Positions 23,639-37,137 of a stretch of DNA of 64,000 nt are shown in pieces. The stretch comes from Leucoraja erinacea. Taxonomy: Eukaryota. Below the pieces are notes generated by a model. It ran no database searches. It saw only the letters and a list, made by a program, of their open reading frames with translations, and was not told where the DNA came from. A program made the position numbers and the translations under genes. Numbering within the stretch: position 1 is the first letter of the stretch; every line of letters starts with the position of its first letter. The stretch is from assembly GCF_028641065.1 (NCBI RefSeq), contig NC_073389.1, positions 40,486,001 to 40,550,000 on the forward strand. The letters run 5' to 3'.

Positions 23639-24725
23639 GTGGGTGAAGCGTAACTTGCCTTGTGGCTAATCTAGAACGGAAAGGAGTTAACACCCCCTTT
23701 GATTCTGCCCAGAGTGGGGCAGCCTCTGTGAGGTGGAAAAAGCTCCTCACCACCGAGTCCAGGCAAAGAGCTTGAAGCTGGGCAGAGAGAGGATCGATTG
23801 AGAGCAAAGTATATTTGATTGAGAGGACGGGCTGAGTGTGACAGCTTCTTGATTTCAGTTCCGTGTGTTCCCACATTAAAAAAAACAACGCGAGCCCAGA
23901 CTCTTCCCCCTCCTGTGGGAAATTAAGTTCGTAAAAATCTTGAATTCTGCGAAAAATGTGGGCATTAACAGTTAATAAACCAACAGACTTTTTATTTTTC
24001 GAAGATAGATTGTACAACCAGTCACTTTGGCAATCAGTGTTCGTCTTGTCACTTTTAGCGATGAATGACTTTTAATTTTAAATGACTACGTTTAAAGGAA
24101 TAACTGCAATCTTGGTGTTTTCAAGCGGCTAGTAGCAATTTGCTGAGGAGGTTTGTGTGATGAGACATGGTTTTTATTTTTGTATATTTTTTTACCTTGT
24201 TTAGCAGGTGTAGTGTGAGGTATTTTGATTGACATTTGATATCAAAAAGCATCACTCTGGACTTTATTACTTCCTCCCATGCAATTAGCTGAACATAATT
24301 TGAATGAATTTAAAAACACGCTCGCATTAAAATTGTCACAAACACCACATAATTAGTCTTCAAATCTTCCATTTAGTGCTGGAATGGATGTGTAATTATC
24401 TTGTGAATTTTGTTCTGTTCAAGGTGACTAAATTGTCAAAAATGCTACCATAATAATTATTAGAGAAAAGCCACTCTGAGTGATCCGTGAATAGTTGTAT
24501 CAAGCTTTGTAATTTCTGGACAAAATGCAGATCTTTGTGCATGTGCTTATGGTCTAACAGTGTTCACATTGCATTTTATTATGACATCAGTTGGGTGAGA
24601 TGGTTATTGTTATTACTTTGGTTTCTGCTGCTGTCAAGTATTTTGAGAACATTTGTTTTCTATGTGTTGGCTGAAAAAGAGATGGGACATGATGCTTGTC
24701 AAGCAGAAAAGCTTGTTGTTTGAAA

Positions 24726-24852
24726 GTCTGAAGAAGGGTTTTGGCCCAAAACGTCGCCTATTTCCTTCGCTCCATAGATGCTGCTGCACCCGCTGAGTTT
24801 CTCCAGCATTTTTGTGTACCTTCAATCTTCCAGCATCTGCAGTTCCTTCTTG
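24726..24852 (+). mobile_element. Penelope-derived short element (single arm)
   Basis: Starts agtctgaagaagggttttggcccaaaacgtc; AAAGCTTGTTG duplicated at 24708 and 24853. Confidence 0.75.
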
Positions 24853-26271
24853 AAAGCTTGTTGATGCTGTTTACAGTTTCACCTACAGAGTGGGAATTTG
24901 GGAAGAAGGTCAGGAATCTGCAAAATCAGCGTGGGTGTAGGGTAGTGGAGACAAAGGCTTGCAATATATCCTTTCATTCTTTTGCCAATGGTTTTAGACA
25001 TGCTACCAGTTTGAGCAATTTTCTCTCTATCTATTTGCTATGTACCTTTCATGATGTTAAATACTGCTACCGCATCGCATGTCCTCATTTTCAGATCCAG
25101 AGAAAACAATCCCAACTTTCCCAGTGTATCATATAACTAAAGTCCCATATTTCTAGATTCAGACTAGTAAAATTCTTCCGTTCCCTTTTCAAGGTCTCCA
25201 CGTCATTATTATTATTTTTTAAAGGCGTGACTTCCAAAATTGGACTCAATATTCCAGTTGCAGGTAGAAACATAAAAACATAGAAAATAGGTGCAGGAGG
25301 AGGCCATTCGGCCCTTCGAGCCAGCACCGCCATTCATTGTGATCATAGCTGACCGTCCCCTATCAATAACCCGTGCCTGCCTTCTCCCCATATAGTGAAT
25401 CATTGTTTTATGAAGGTTCATAATGTGGATCCCAATTGTTCTGTCTTAAATGTCATTTTCAACGATTTATGAACATATTTTCCCTGATCTACCCTTTTCA
25501 GAATTGTGTCAATTTCTTTATTTTGCTGCTCCATATTTTTCCTGCCCAGACTTTGTAATTTTCTGTTTTAAGTTTCATCTACCATGTATCTGCATTCCAC
25601 CAGTTTCTGTTCTCCCAAAGTTTGGACCTGTCTTCCTCATAGTTCTCTCTGCGTACAAAATTTGTGCTCTCTGTGGATTTGGAAATTGTACCCTTTAAAC
25701 CCAAGTCATGACCATAAAGAAACATGAATGTATAGAAAAACAATATTCCTAGTAACACCCCACCCCCACTCCCCCATCTACCCCACTGAACCCTTTCCCC
25801 CCCTGGCGAGTTTCCCTTCACTTTAAGAATTAACCATTTGCTATTTCCATTTACCAAACTGAATTTACATACATTTCACTACTTCCCTTTTATTTCATTC
25901 TTGATGACAAACTCATTATGCGTTTATCAAGCACCTTTTAAAGCACTTGTTTACTTTTTTAATAAAAAATCCCCAATTGATCCACTGCACAGGCTGAAAA
26001 TTGATAACTGGCAGATACTGGAAAACCTGGGTTAACTTAAGTGGATGTATCACCTAGACCATTTACAAAGGAGTCAAGGGACATTGGGAGAACACAGGAT
26101 AATGGTGTTGAGGTCAGGATTGGATTAGGCCTGATCTTATTGAAGGTCTGTTCCTGTTTCTTATTATCTTGCTTTCACATTAGTATTCTAATGATTTGGC
26201 TCTATTAAATCCATGCTGCCTTTACCTAACCATTCTACCCATAACAATGTAACTGCCAATACTGTTAACCA

Positions 26272-26532
26272 TATAACCATATAACAATTACAGTACGGAA
26301 ACAGGCCATCTCGGCCCTACAAGTCCGTGCCGAACAACTTTTTTCCCTTAGTCCCACCTGCCTGCACTCATACCATAACCCTCCATTCCCTTCTCATCCA
26401 TATGCCTATCCAATTTATTTTTGATACCAACGAACCTGCCGCCACCACTTCCACTGGAAGCTCATTCCACACCGCTACCACTCTCTGAGTAAAGAAGTTC
26501 CCCCTCATGTTACCCCTAAACTTCTGTCCCTT
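26272..26532 (-). mobile_element. CR1-type LINE 3' end
   Basis: KFRGNMRGNFFTQRVVAVWNELP peptide plus tail. Confidence 0.85.
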
Positions 26533-27089
26533 GATTATTGTTCCCCAAAACTTCCTTACTACCAACCGTGTAATATGTACAATTCTCCAGTCCTCGGACA
26601 TGACCCCAGCATCAACAGATGTTTGGAATATTGTATCCAATAGTTCTGCAACTTCCACCCTTTGTTCAGAATCCTGGAATGCAGCCCTTTTTAGATCAAG
26701 TGATCTTTTAAATACAGTTAGCTTTTCCAATATAATTTCTGAATTTTTAGCTCATCCAGTATTTAAAATAAATTTGCTTGCTGATACTCGGACTGGATCT
26801 TCCTTCCAAAAGACCAGTGTAAACAATCAATTATCATCTCTCCCTTCAATAAGTAAATCTGTTGATAACTGTTTTTCAAGCAAACACAAAAACAAATATT
26901 TAATGTGAGAACCACAATAACTATTAATACATGACTTGCTATTCTTTAACAATGTAATTTAACAGAGCATCTAGTATAATTTGAGCAGTTGGTTGGTACA
27001 ATAAAACAATATGCACTTAAAAAAAAAATGCAGGAAACTTTCTGGAATTAGAAAGTCACCTATGCAATCAAACTTGTTTAAAGGAAGTA

Positions 27090-28283
27090 CAGGTGCACAA
27101 CCTTTTATCCGGTGTTCCAGAAACCGAAAAGCTCCGAAAACCGGCCATTTTTTCCAGATGTCGTCTGCGCACCAAAGCTCGCGTTTGGCGCCAAACCTGA
27201 CCCAAAACGACCCACGGTCAACCCAGGTCTGTACTACTGTAGCGGCTGCCTCCTCCCTGGAGACCGGGAGACGCTTAAACATCTGTAAATCATTGCTTAA
27301 ATGTTAGTCAGTTAGTTTGGAGGGCTTTTATGTGAAGGGGGGTGAAGGGGTAAACTTTAATTCTTAGTCCCCTACCTGGTCGGAGAGGCGGGGAGCGGTC
27401 AATGCCTTACCGGGTCGCTGTGCAGTAAGCTCCGCAGCGCTGTGGCCGGTGGGGCAGCGGGCGGCGCCAGTTGTAGCTCCGACCCCGGCAACTCTACCCC
27501 TGGCTGCGAGGCGCTCCAAAAGCGGCCCGCGCCGGCCGGAACAAGCTCCGCGAATTCGTCAGTCGGCGACGTCGTCGCAGCGCTGGGATACCAGCGGGGT
27601 GCGGGCAATGCCTTACCGGGTCGCCGTGCGGCAAGCTCCGGAGCGCTGTGGCCGCCGACACACAACATCGCGGAGCGTCGCTGGATTTGGAGCCGCGCAG
27701 CCAGGGGTAGAGTTGCCGGGGTCGGAGCTCCAACCGCGCCGCCCGCGGCTGGACGGAGCCCCCAGCTCCGCGGCTCCAAAAGCGACGCTCCGAGAATGTT
27801 GGAAGAAGGCGGCAACAGCGCTCCGTTGCCGCACGAACCACGCTGCGACCAAAGATCCTATAGCGGAGCTTCTCTAGGATACATCCCGACTTCTCGCTAC
27901 GTCCGGCCGCGGGCCGCGCTGGATTTGGAGCAGCCAGGGGTAAGTTTTAGCCACAACCGGCGCCGCCCGCGGCCGGACGGAGCCCCCAGCTCCGCGAGGT
28001 TGGGAGTCGCCGACCAGGTAGGTAGGGGGACTAAGAATTAAAGTTTCCCCCTTCACCCCTACACCACCACCACCACCACATAAAATCCCTCCAAAATAAC
28101 TGACTAACATTTATGCAATGATTCTCCCGGTCTCCGGGGAGGAGGCAGCTGCTCCAGACTTTTCAAGCCGCCCGCGCTACCTACCTAATCTACGCTAAAA
28201 ATCTTCCATTCTGAAATCCGAAAATGTCCGAAATGCGACAAGTGTCTGGTCCCAAGGCTTTCGGATAAAAGGTTGTGCACCTG
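27090..28283. mobile_element. Non-autonomous Tc1/mariner (Tigger/pogo-like) DNA transposon with a GC-rich interior
   Basis: Perfect 22-bp TIR CAGGTGCACAACCTTTTATCCG; TA TSD at both ends; internal nested inverted arms. Confidence 0.9.
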
Positions 28284-28543
28284 TATAATGCAAACATTAA
28301 TTTAAAACTGGGTGATAGTAAGTGTACCTTCTGCTTCTTATTCTTATTTGCAGTCGATCCTTGCAATTCCATTAAGGCAGTCCAAATTCTTATGGTTAAT
28401 TTGTTCTTCTATTTTATTTTTACAGTATTCGTGGCATGCATACGTGCAAAAGAAAAAAAAGCAGCATTTTTTGCACACACTGTTTCAGAGATAGGTGTTG
28501 TATATCAGGAGCCATATTCCCAAAATGATAAATGCTTGTCTCA

Positions 28544-28785
28544 GAGACACAAAATGCTGGAGTAACTCAACGGGACCGGCAGTATAGAAAATAAGTTTTA
28601 GGAGGAGGCCATTTGGCCCTTGAAGCCTGCACCGTATCTCTGGAGAGAAGGAATGGGTGACGTTTCCGGTCGAGACCCTTTGAGAAAGGGAATGCAGGCG
28701 TTACCTGCTGCCTGTCCCGCTGAGTTACTCCAGCCTTTTGTGTCTATCTTCAGTTTAAACCAGCATCTGCAGTTCCTTCCCACAC
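28544..28785. mobile_element. Penelope-derived inverted short element with an embedded CR1-tail fragment
   Basis: 13-bp TSD AATGCTTGTCTCA at 28531 and 28786; inverted acacaaaatgctggagtaactca arms. Confidence 0.7.
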
Positions 28786-30644
28786 AATGCTTGTCTCATG
28801 TTCAGGCTTAATTATATAATTTGTCTGATGTTCCAAAATGTCACTTTCCACTTTACACAAACAAATACTTGCAATGACTGACAACAGAGGTGACAACATA
28901 AGTGTAAGGAATTCTCAATAAAATGTTTAAAAAAATTGTACATCATATTTTTGAATTCAAATCAAATCTTGTTTTGGAAAGCTGTTGTAACATGCAACAG
29001 GTATTGGGAACTTGCATGTGCAGATCTAGTATATTCAAGTGATAGGTCATAACAGTCAAAAACCTTAATTATCCACTCTATTCACTAAATCATTCTCCTA
29101 CTTCTGCTTGATTGCAGGCAAATTACAAATCAGAGGAAGAAGACCCAAAAGTCTTTCAAAACTTCTCATTTCACTCTGTATCACGAAATAACCATTATCT
29201 TACAATAATGTTTGAAACTGCAAGTAATTAGCGCTCTTGAAAAAACATTTATCGCCTTTTATAACTAAGTGCATGACATTGTGCGTTTCATTTATTTTAA
29301 CTTAATCTGCAATTGTTTTTCAGTATAGAATGCAGTGGTGCCCAGTGAATTTGATTATTTCCTTTCATTTCCTCTTCAGGCCAGTCAATCTATTCTCCTT
29401 CCCTCTATTTGGCACACCATCTGCACACATAGATGTTAGCTTCATTCAGACCAAGTTATTGTCAGCATGAATAAATGTGCAGTCCAAATGTTTTCTTCAT
29501 GATCTTTCCAAGATAGTAAACAGTTCCCAAAACCAAATCTTTCTGGAAATGAACAGAGATACAAAATTCAGAGCCATCATTTGCGTATTTTCACTCGCTC
29601 TAGCTAAAATCCGGTGCTGATGAAATAGGTGCTGTTAACAGTTGTCTTTCTTATTTTGTTTCCATTTCCTCTATCCTTTTCATTATAGTTTTGCCAGCCA
29701 ATTTGCCGTCCTATATCTTTTAGGGTTGTTCTTGAAATCTGTATGGAGGATTTAAACAGAAGGGAAAAACACTCTAACGACCTCTCTGTCAGTACATGTA
29801 GTTTTTATGTCTTGCTGAAATCCATGTAATTTCAAAAGATGTTTCTATTACATTCTCTGCAGTAGTCTAATTTTGTTTTGCTGGATTTTTGATGAAACAG
29901 TTGATCAATTTTATTCTTTCTTGGTAGACTATCAGCTGAGTAATTTTCACAGTTATTTGCATGCATGGTTAACTATTCATGTTCCAAATTACAATTTTAA
30001 GCAACACGCGTCTATTGAAAAAATAAACATGCATCATACTTGGTTCATTAAACACAAAGAAAAGCTCACCTTACAAAATCTAGTTTTCTCCTTCCGAACC
30101 AAGTACATTTGTCTTTATCTATTGGTTTGGTTATAGCCTTATTATGGCTACTAGCCTGCGACATTTTATGCAACTGTTGCAAATTTTTTTGTTCACTTTG
30201 TTGACATCCACTGTCATGACCTCATTTTGCTTTTGATCCTATTTCAGTTCCCAATTTTCTCTTCAACAGAGTTATGAATCAATCCATTCTTTTCCATGCC
30301 ATTCTGCTTTAAAAAAAAACAATAGAGTGATATAAACTGCTGAAAAGCCAGTTCTATAATTGTGGTCATTGAATTATTGTGGATGATTACCACAAATAGG
30401 CAAAAACCCGATGTAGCAGGACTTTACAATAGCGACACAAGATACTGCAAGGAAATTCAAACTAAAGGTATTGGATCTTAGAATGCATAGTATGTTGCAA
30501 TATTTTGACACAACAATAATTGGTAGAGGAGCGATTGGCCAGTAAATGTGACTGTAATGGCGTTTGTTTAGTCCAGCAACAGAATGCAAGTTGGGACATC
30601 CATTGTTCAATGAATAATTTTGAGTCCAAAGAGTCTTTAATGAT

Positions 30645-30866
30645 CGACGAGAAATAAGGAATTGCAGATGCTGGTTTATACCTAAGACAGACACAAAGTG
30701 CTAGAGTAACTCAGTGAATCAGACAGCATCTCTGGAGAAAAAGGATGGGTGACCTTTCAGGTCAGGACCCTTCTTCAGAAGTCTGAAGAAGGATCCCAAC
30801 CCAAAACGTCAACAATCTTTTTTCTCCAGAGATGCTACCTGACCCACTGAGTTTCTCCAGCACTTT
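30645..30866. mobile_element. Palindromic Penelope-derived short element
   Basis: Inverted arms centred near 30780; 14-bp TSD GAGTCTTTAATGAT at 30631 and 30867. Confidence 0.8.
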
Positions 30867-30892
30867 GAGTCTTTAATGATGTTTTCCTGATA

Positions 30893-32542
30893 CAGGTGCA
30901 CAACCTTTTATCCGAAAGCCTTGGGACCAGACACTTTTCGTAATTCAGAATTTTTCGGTTTTCGGAATGGAATATTTTTAGCATAGATTGTAACGGCTGG
31001 CTCAGTGGTAGAGTGCTCGGCTCGTAACCGTAAGGCCGCGAGTTTGCGCCTCGATCCCGGCAGTTACTCGATCGCGAGTTTGAGTCTTCAATGTAGGTTT
31101 TTCTTGCAGAATAGGAGAGAATAGGGAGGGTTAGGCTGGGATCCTTCTCTGCGAGATGATCTTAGTGCGGGAGACAAGTGTAGGAGAGGTGTACTGACTG
31201 TGTGGGCAGAACTTTGGAAGGGATTGCCCACCATTCTCAAAAGCCGCTGTGTCTCCCTGTCCCTCCAACTCCAGAGGAATCCGCTGCCCGATGCGCCGCT
31301 TCAGCGACAAGTGTCAGTTCGCCCACAGCCCGAGCTGCGCCCCCTCATCCGCAACCCGGGTTCCTCTGGAGTTGGAGCGGGGCTGGGCTAGAGTTGTTGC
31401 TGGCTGTGAGTCTCTGGGATCTCCGTGCTTGCAGTGGGCCTGGGGGTCGGTGTCCCGATGAGGGGGCGCAGCTCGGGCTGTGGGCGAACTGCCACTTGTC
31501 GCTGTAGCGGCGCATCGGGGAGCGGCTTCTGGTGGTCCTGACGTCTCTCAGCTCCTGTCCAGGGGGACGGCCGGAGACGTCAGGACCAACAGGAACCCGC
31601 TCCCCGATGCGCCGCTACAGCGACAAGTGCCAGTTCGCCCACAGCCCGAGCTGCGCCCCCTCATCCGCAACCCGGGTTCCTCTGGAGTTGGAGCGGGGCT
31701 GGGCTAGAGTTGCTGCTGGCTGTGAGTCTATGGGATCTCCGTGCTTGCAGTCGGTGTCCCGTTGGTCCTGACGTCCCCGGTCACCCCCCTGGAATGGAGC
31801 TGAGACTGGGAACTGTACCGCCCTTGCCCCCTCCCTCTGCAACTGCAAACAACCCCACAGTTCCCAGTCTCAGCTCCTGTACAGGGGGTGGCCGGAGACG
31901 TCACAGCCCGAGCCATCAGCTTCTGTCCCTACGGGGACAGCGGAGAGCGTGTTCCTCTGGAATTGGAACGGGGCTGGGCTGCTGCTGGCTGTGGGTCTCT
32001 GGGTTCTCCGTGCTTGCAGTGGGCCTGGGGGTCGGTGTCCCGTTGGTCCTGAAGTCTCCGGTGACTGGCACTAGCTCCGACGTGAAGACAGTACAAAGCC
32101 CCCGCGCCGGTACAATGCGTGGGGAGCTGGAGAGGGGAGGGAAGGGGTCACACACATGGCCGGGAAGCAGAGGGGTGGGTGTAGGTGGGGTGAAACTGAA
32201 GGGAGCGACAATTTGCTGCTGCCCGCTGAGTTAAAAAAGTTCCCACGCAAGACTCACGATACACTGTGTATCGTGAGTCTACCGTGGGAACTTTTTAACC
32301 TCAGCGGGCAGGCAGCAGCAGATTGTCAATTATTAACCCTCCCGCGCAATATACCCTCACCTTCTCTTTTATGAATGGGGATTTAGTTCCCCTTTCTTCG
32401 AGGACCGACCGGAGGTTCCGCTGTCACCTCTGCGGGCCGCCCTCGGTGAACGTTTTCAAGGACCTTTTTTCAAGGACTGAAAAAATGTCGCTATTCGGAG
32501 GTTTTCGTTATTTGGATCGTCGGATAAAAGGTTGTGCACCTG
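30893..32542. mobile_element. Second Tigger/pogo-like non-autonomous element with the same TIR and a different GC-rich interior
   Basis: Same 22-bp TIR and TA TSDs; about 100 bp of subterminal sequence shared, in opposite orientation, with the 27090 element. Confidence 0.9.
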
Positions 32543-32639
32543 TATAATCATGCTGGCTGCCTTCATTCTCATTTATATATTTTCTCCCTGCCACCTGGTC
32601 TATTCACTCCTTTTAGTGGCTGTCTTCAGCCATCTGATA

Positions 32640-33080
32640 CAGTGCCCTCCATAATGTTTGGGACAAAGACCCATCATTATTTATTTGCCTCTATACTCCA
32701 CAATTTAAGATTTGTAATAGAAAAATCACATGTAGTTAAAGCGCACATTGTCAGATTTTATTAAAGGGTATTTTTGGTTTCACCATATGGAAATTACAGC
32801 TGTGTTATACATAGTCCCCCCATTTCAGGGCACCATAATGTTTGGGACACATGGCTTCGCAGGTGTTTGTAATTGCTCAGGAATGCAGGTATAAGAGAGC
32901 ACTGAGCACCTTGTCTTTCCTCCAGTCTCTCCATCAACCTTGGAAACTTTTATTGCTGTTTATCAACATGAGGACCAAAGTTGTGCCAATGAAAGTCAAA
33001 GAAGCCATTATGAGACTGAGAAACAAGAATAAAACTGTGAGAGACATCAGCCAAACCTTAGGCTTACCAAAATCAACTGG
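32640..33080 (+). mobile_element. Tc1-family transposon left end (IR/DR) plus transposase N-terminus
   Basis: TA|CAGTGCCCTCCATAATGTTTGGGACA with an inner direct repeat near 32830; MRTKVVPMKVKEAIMRL...VRDISQTLGLPKST HTH peptide. Confidence 0.85.
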
Positions 33081-34639
33081 ACATACAAAGATTCAAAACC
33101 AGCAAGGATCTACGCCCAATAGTCAAGATTTGTTTCAGAAGCGAATTATGCCAAGTCTTTGGTTAATTTTGTCCATATGTCAGAAAAAACACAAAATCAC
33201 TGTACTGTAACCGTACCTCAACAGTATTGTAAATAAAATGCTGTTGAATAGGGCAAATTGACATGAACGTTTGTTATCTTCTCTTGTCTAGTTGCAATGG
33301 TATTTAATCAGGATGTCCCATGGTTTTAATGGGCTTTAAGTATCTGTGGCTGTTATATTGTTTAATAGAATATTGTTACACATCTGTCAATAGAAGCATT
33401 TGTTATTTATATTTCTAAAGAATATTTTTGGAATTTTATATATACCAACATAATTTCTCAGTTCCGTAATTAGTTTTTCTCTGTGCATTCTAGAATCAGC
33501 CTGGTTCTCGTGTGGTGTCAACCTGAAATCCATGGCATTCTCTTTTTTAATCTGCTTCATTTTACTCTAAATCTATCCAGGGTACGCTGGCTCTCATTGC
33601 TCTCCCTTTCCATCTCGTGGGAATGTAGCTGGACTATTTGAATCATTTTAACAATTGCAATTGAATGCTTTATAGTCTAACATTTAGTGTTCGCTATGAA
33701 GATATTTCCACCAATTAAAGATTGAGAAACTATTCTCTTTGGTCACTGCTACAAGCTTTGCTTCTTTGCAAACACCTTCATACCTGAAGCTGACTCGGAT
33801 AGCCTTTAGTTTTGCCACATTGGATCCAAAGATCAGCTTTGTAATTACACTGGCCCTAATTAAGCAGCTTGATGTTGAAATTCTTTTTCATTTTCACATT
33901 GCTTTTGAAATTGCTCTCAACATTTATTTGAGGAGATATTTTGACACTCCTTCACTTTGCAATTTCTTTCAGCACCACATTTTTGAAGATATCTGTCTGT
34001 GCCTTTACTGAGATTCTGGCCTCTTGATCATCTCTAAAGTTAGTTGCTCCACCACTGCAGCAAAACATTCAGCTTCCAAAGCTAAGATTGTATTTACATA
34101 TGCTCCGAGTAGGGCCTTTGGCTATTTTGCATTAGTAAAAAGCTGAACAAATTCAAATCATTGTTAAATAATCTAGTGTGTTATCAGTTACTGGTTCTTA
34201 CTCTTCCTTGGTCCGTTTTCTTTGACTAAAAGACAAATCTGGGACATTCATTGATTATCAAAAAGCTGCAGTTACTTGGAAATAAAAGCAGAAAATGCTT
34301 GAAATCATTAGTCAGATGGCATCTAAGAAAAGAGGAAGTATTAATGTTTTAGGCAAAGATTTGCTAATTTGAGAAAGCAAGCTGGTTTTAAATTCCAAAG
34401 AGGGTGTGGAAGTAATGGATAGGACAAAGGGAATACCTCTGGTATGGTGAGTCGATACCAAAGTTTACAAGCTGTCTGGTTAATGAGTGTAGTTAGAGAA
34501 AAAAGAAAGGGAAGTGCAAAGCTGTATTGTGCAGGTGAGAGCTGCTGCTAACCCTGAAACTAAATGGAGAATTCTGGCTATTCCAGCAGATCTTGCTGTC
34601 TGTGGAAAGAGCATAAACCTCAACAAATATTATTTTTTT

Positions 34640-34930
34640 TAGTTTTATAGGTAGTGAACGGAAACAGGCTCTTCGGCCCATCAAGTCCACGCCGACCAAC
34701 TACCCGCCAGTTCACACTAGTTCTATGTTATCCCTCTTTCCTACCTAATAGGGGTAATTTACAGAGGTTAATTAACCTACAAACCAAGTCTTTGGGATGT
34801 GAGCAGAAACAGGAGCACCCAAAGGAAACCCACAAAGTCACAGGGAGCATGTGCAAACTCCACACATAGCACCTGAGGTCAGGATCGACCCAAGTCTTTG
34901 ATGCTATGAGCAGCACCTCTTCCAGCTGTG
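34640..34930 (-). mobile_element. V-SINE (HE1-like)
   Basis: Same architecture as 15259-15543. Confidence 0.7.
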
Positions 34931-35414
34931 CTGCAATTTATAGGATAAATATTTTGCAGAAGAACTAGACAGTTTGGATACAAGCAGAATAAAGGAGTTA
35001 TCAAAAACTGTTGACTTCATTATCAAGATCTGAAGGCTCCAATGTACCCAGAGAAGATGAGATTGTATTCCCTGATCTTTGAACTTTGTTGGAATGGTGT
35101 AGGAGGCCAAAGGCAGCAATGTCATTAAAGGAAGAGGATGGATAATAAAAGTAACTAGCAATTGAAATTGGAGTGCATAGAAGTGTTTTGCAAAGTGGTC
35201 ACACAGTAGTTTGGTTTCTCTGTTTCTACTGAATGCAATACTCTAGATTGGAATAAGTGCAAGTGAATTGCTGCTTCACCTGTAAGCACCCTAAATGCTG
35301 GGAAAGATGAAGTAAAAAGATAGATGTTGCATGTCACTGAATGGTGGGAAGGAGTGAAATAAAATGGCAGGTGTTGCAAAAGTAGTTTGTGGAGATGGAA
35401 GCGTGGAGAAGAGA

Positions 35415-35870
35415 GTCATGAGTAGGTTAACATATGATGCGCATTTGACGGCACCAGGCCTATATTCGCTGGAGTTTAGAAGAATGAGAGGAGACCTCAT
35501 TGAAACATACAAAATAGTGAAAGGCTTGGATAGAGTGGATGTGGTGAAGATGTTTCCACTAGTGGGAGAGTCTAACACTAGAGGTCATGGCCTCAGAATT
35601 AAAGGATGTTATTTTTGGGAGGAGATGAGGAGGAATTTCTTTAGTGAGAGGGTGGTGAATCTGTGGAATTCTTTGCCACAGAAGACTGTGTTGGCAAAGT
35701 CAATGAATATATTTACGATAGATAGATAGATTCTTGATTAGTACAGGTGTCAGAGGTTGTGGGGAGAAGGCAGGAGAATGGGGTTAGGAGGGAGAGATAG
35801 ATCAGCAATGATTGAATGGTGTAGACTTGATGGGCCGAATTGCCTAATTCTACTCATGTCACATGATCTT
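35415..35870 (+). mobile_element. CR1-type LINE 3' end
   Basis: GLYSLEFRRMRGDLIETYKI.KGLDRVD...TRGH.LRI.G......RRNFFS.RVVNLWNSLP. Confidence 0.9.
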
Positions 35871-36312
35871 ATGATGAAGAAACTGATCCCATCAGATTGC
35901 TTAAATGGTATGGAAGATATATATGGTGGTAGTATCCCTCTTAAGATAATGTAAATTGCAGAAGATGTTCTGTTGAATATGGACTGCTAGAGTGGAAGAT
36001 GAAAATAAAGGGACCCATACATTCATTCTTACAGAGAAAGACGAGGGTAAAACAGAAACAAGGGGAATAGAGGAGGCACACGAGAGCCCTGAAAACTATG
36101 AAAGATGGGAAGCTGGAGTTAAGAAAAGAGGAAGAGATCTGTGGAGCAGATAGGAAAGAGATGGATAAACTCTGACAATGCAATGGCTTCCTTATGGGAA
36201 GCATTGTGGGAGGAGAGGTAATCCAGATAATTGTGAGTTGGTGGGCCTTTAATGAATACTACTGTTCAGCCTACAGAGTTTCCAGCACTTGCTATTATTC
36301 AAGACGACATTA

Positions 36313-36702
36313 AGGGCCTGTCCCACCGTACGAGGTCATTCAAGAGCTCTCCCGAGTTTAAAAAAAAAAATCACTCGTGGTAAGTACGTAGCGGCTACGT
36401 CAGAGCTCGTGGATGTCCCATAGCGGCTCGTAAAGCTAACGGCAGGTACTCGGGAAACGCGGCAACTCGTGAAGTTTTTTCAGCACTGTGAAAAATGTCC
36501 ACGAGTGCCCCGGGTACCTACGAACGGCTATTACCGTAATCCTCCGAGTTCGAATCAGGAGAAACTTGGGAGATACAAAAATGCTGGAGAAACTCAGCGG
36601 GTGCAGCAACATCTATGGAGCGAAGGAAATAGGCAACGTTTCGGGCCGAAACCCTAAACTTGGGAGTACTCTTGAATTACCTTGTACAGTGGGACAGGCC
36701 CT
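36313..36702. mobile_element. PIF/Harbinger-like MITE with a nested Penelope-derived fragment
   Basis: TIR AGGGCCTGTCCCAC; TTA TSD on both sides; nested insert at about 36572-36656 flanked by an AAACTTGGGAG duplication. Confidence 0.75.
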
Positions 36703-37137
36703 TTAGTGTTTTTTCTCCGTGATGCTCCTAATTGAATAATCGCATAATTTAATATTCCCCTTTTAAAAGGAGCAGCAGTTGACTGCTATTTGTGAGTTTT
36801 GAGGATACGAAAGTGAGGCTTTATATATGAGCTTTAGCACTTTCTAAATTGCTGTCCAAATGGTTTTATGTTCCTGTTAATTTGAAATAATAATTATATT
36901 TATTTGGAACTGTTACTCCCGAATTCAATGTATTTGTTATTTTCAGATTTGTTTTGCATAGTATCGGCTACATAGCAAAATGTTTTATAGGGTTGTATTA
37001 GTGTTAACTGCAAATGCATTCATGCAAGAGCAATTGATCAATGAGAGTAACCATAGAAATGTACAGCATAGAAGGGAGTTCAACGGCCCATTACATCTAA
37101 ATTGGCCTTTAGCAAGAGTGCTTCAAATTGAATCTTC

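Noticed and set aside
27399-28110. Overlapping GC-rich ORFs of 79-199 aa on both strands
   Set aside because: They lie inside a TIR-bounded MITE; stop-poor GC-rich repeats open many frames; no domain motifs
30995-31090. Functional tRNA-Thr(CGT) gene
   Set aside because: T arm interrupted, no acceptor stem or terminator, and embedded in a transposon
31200-32234. Cluster of GC-rich ORFs with repeated peptides
   Set aside because: Produced by internal direct and inverted repeats of the second MITE
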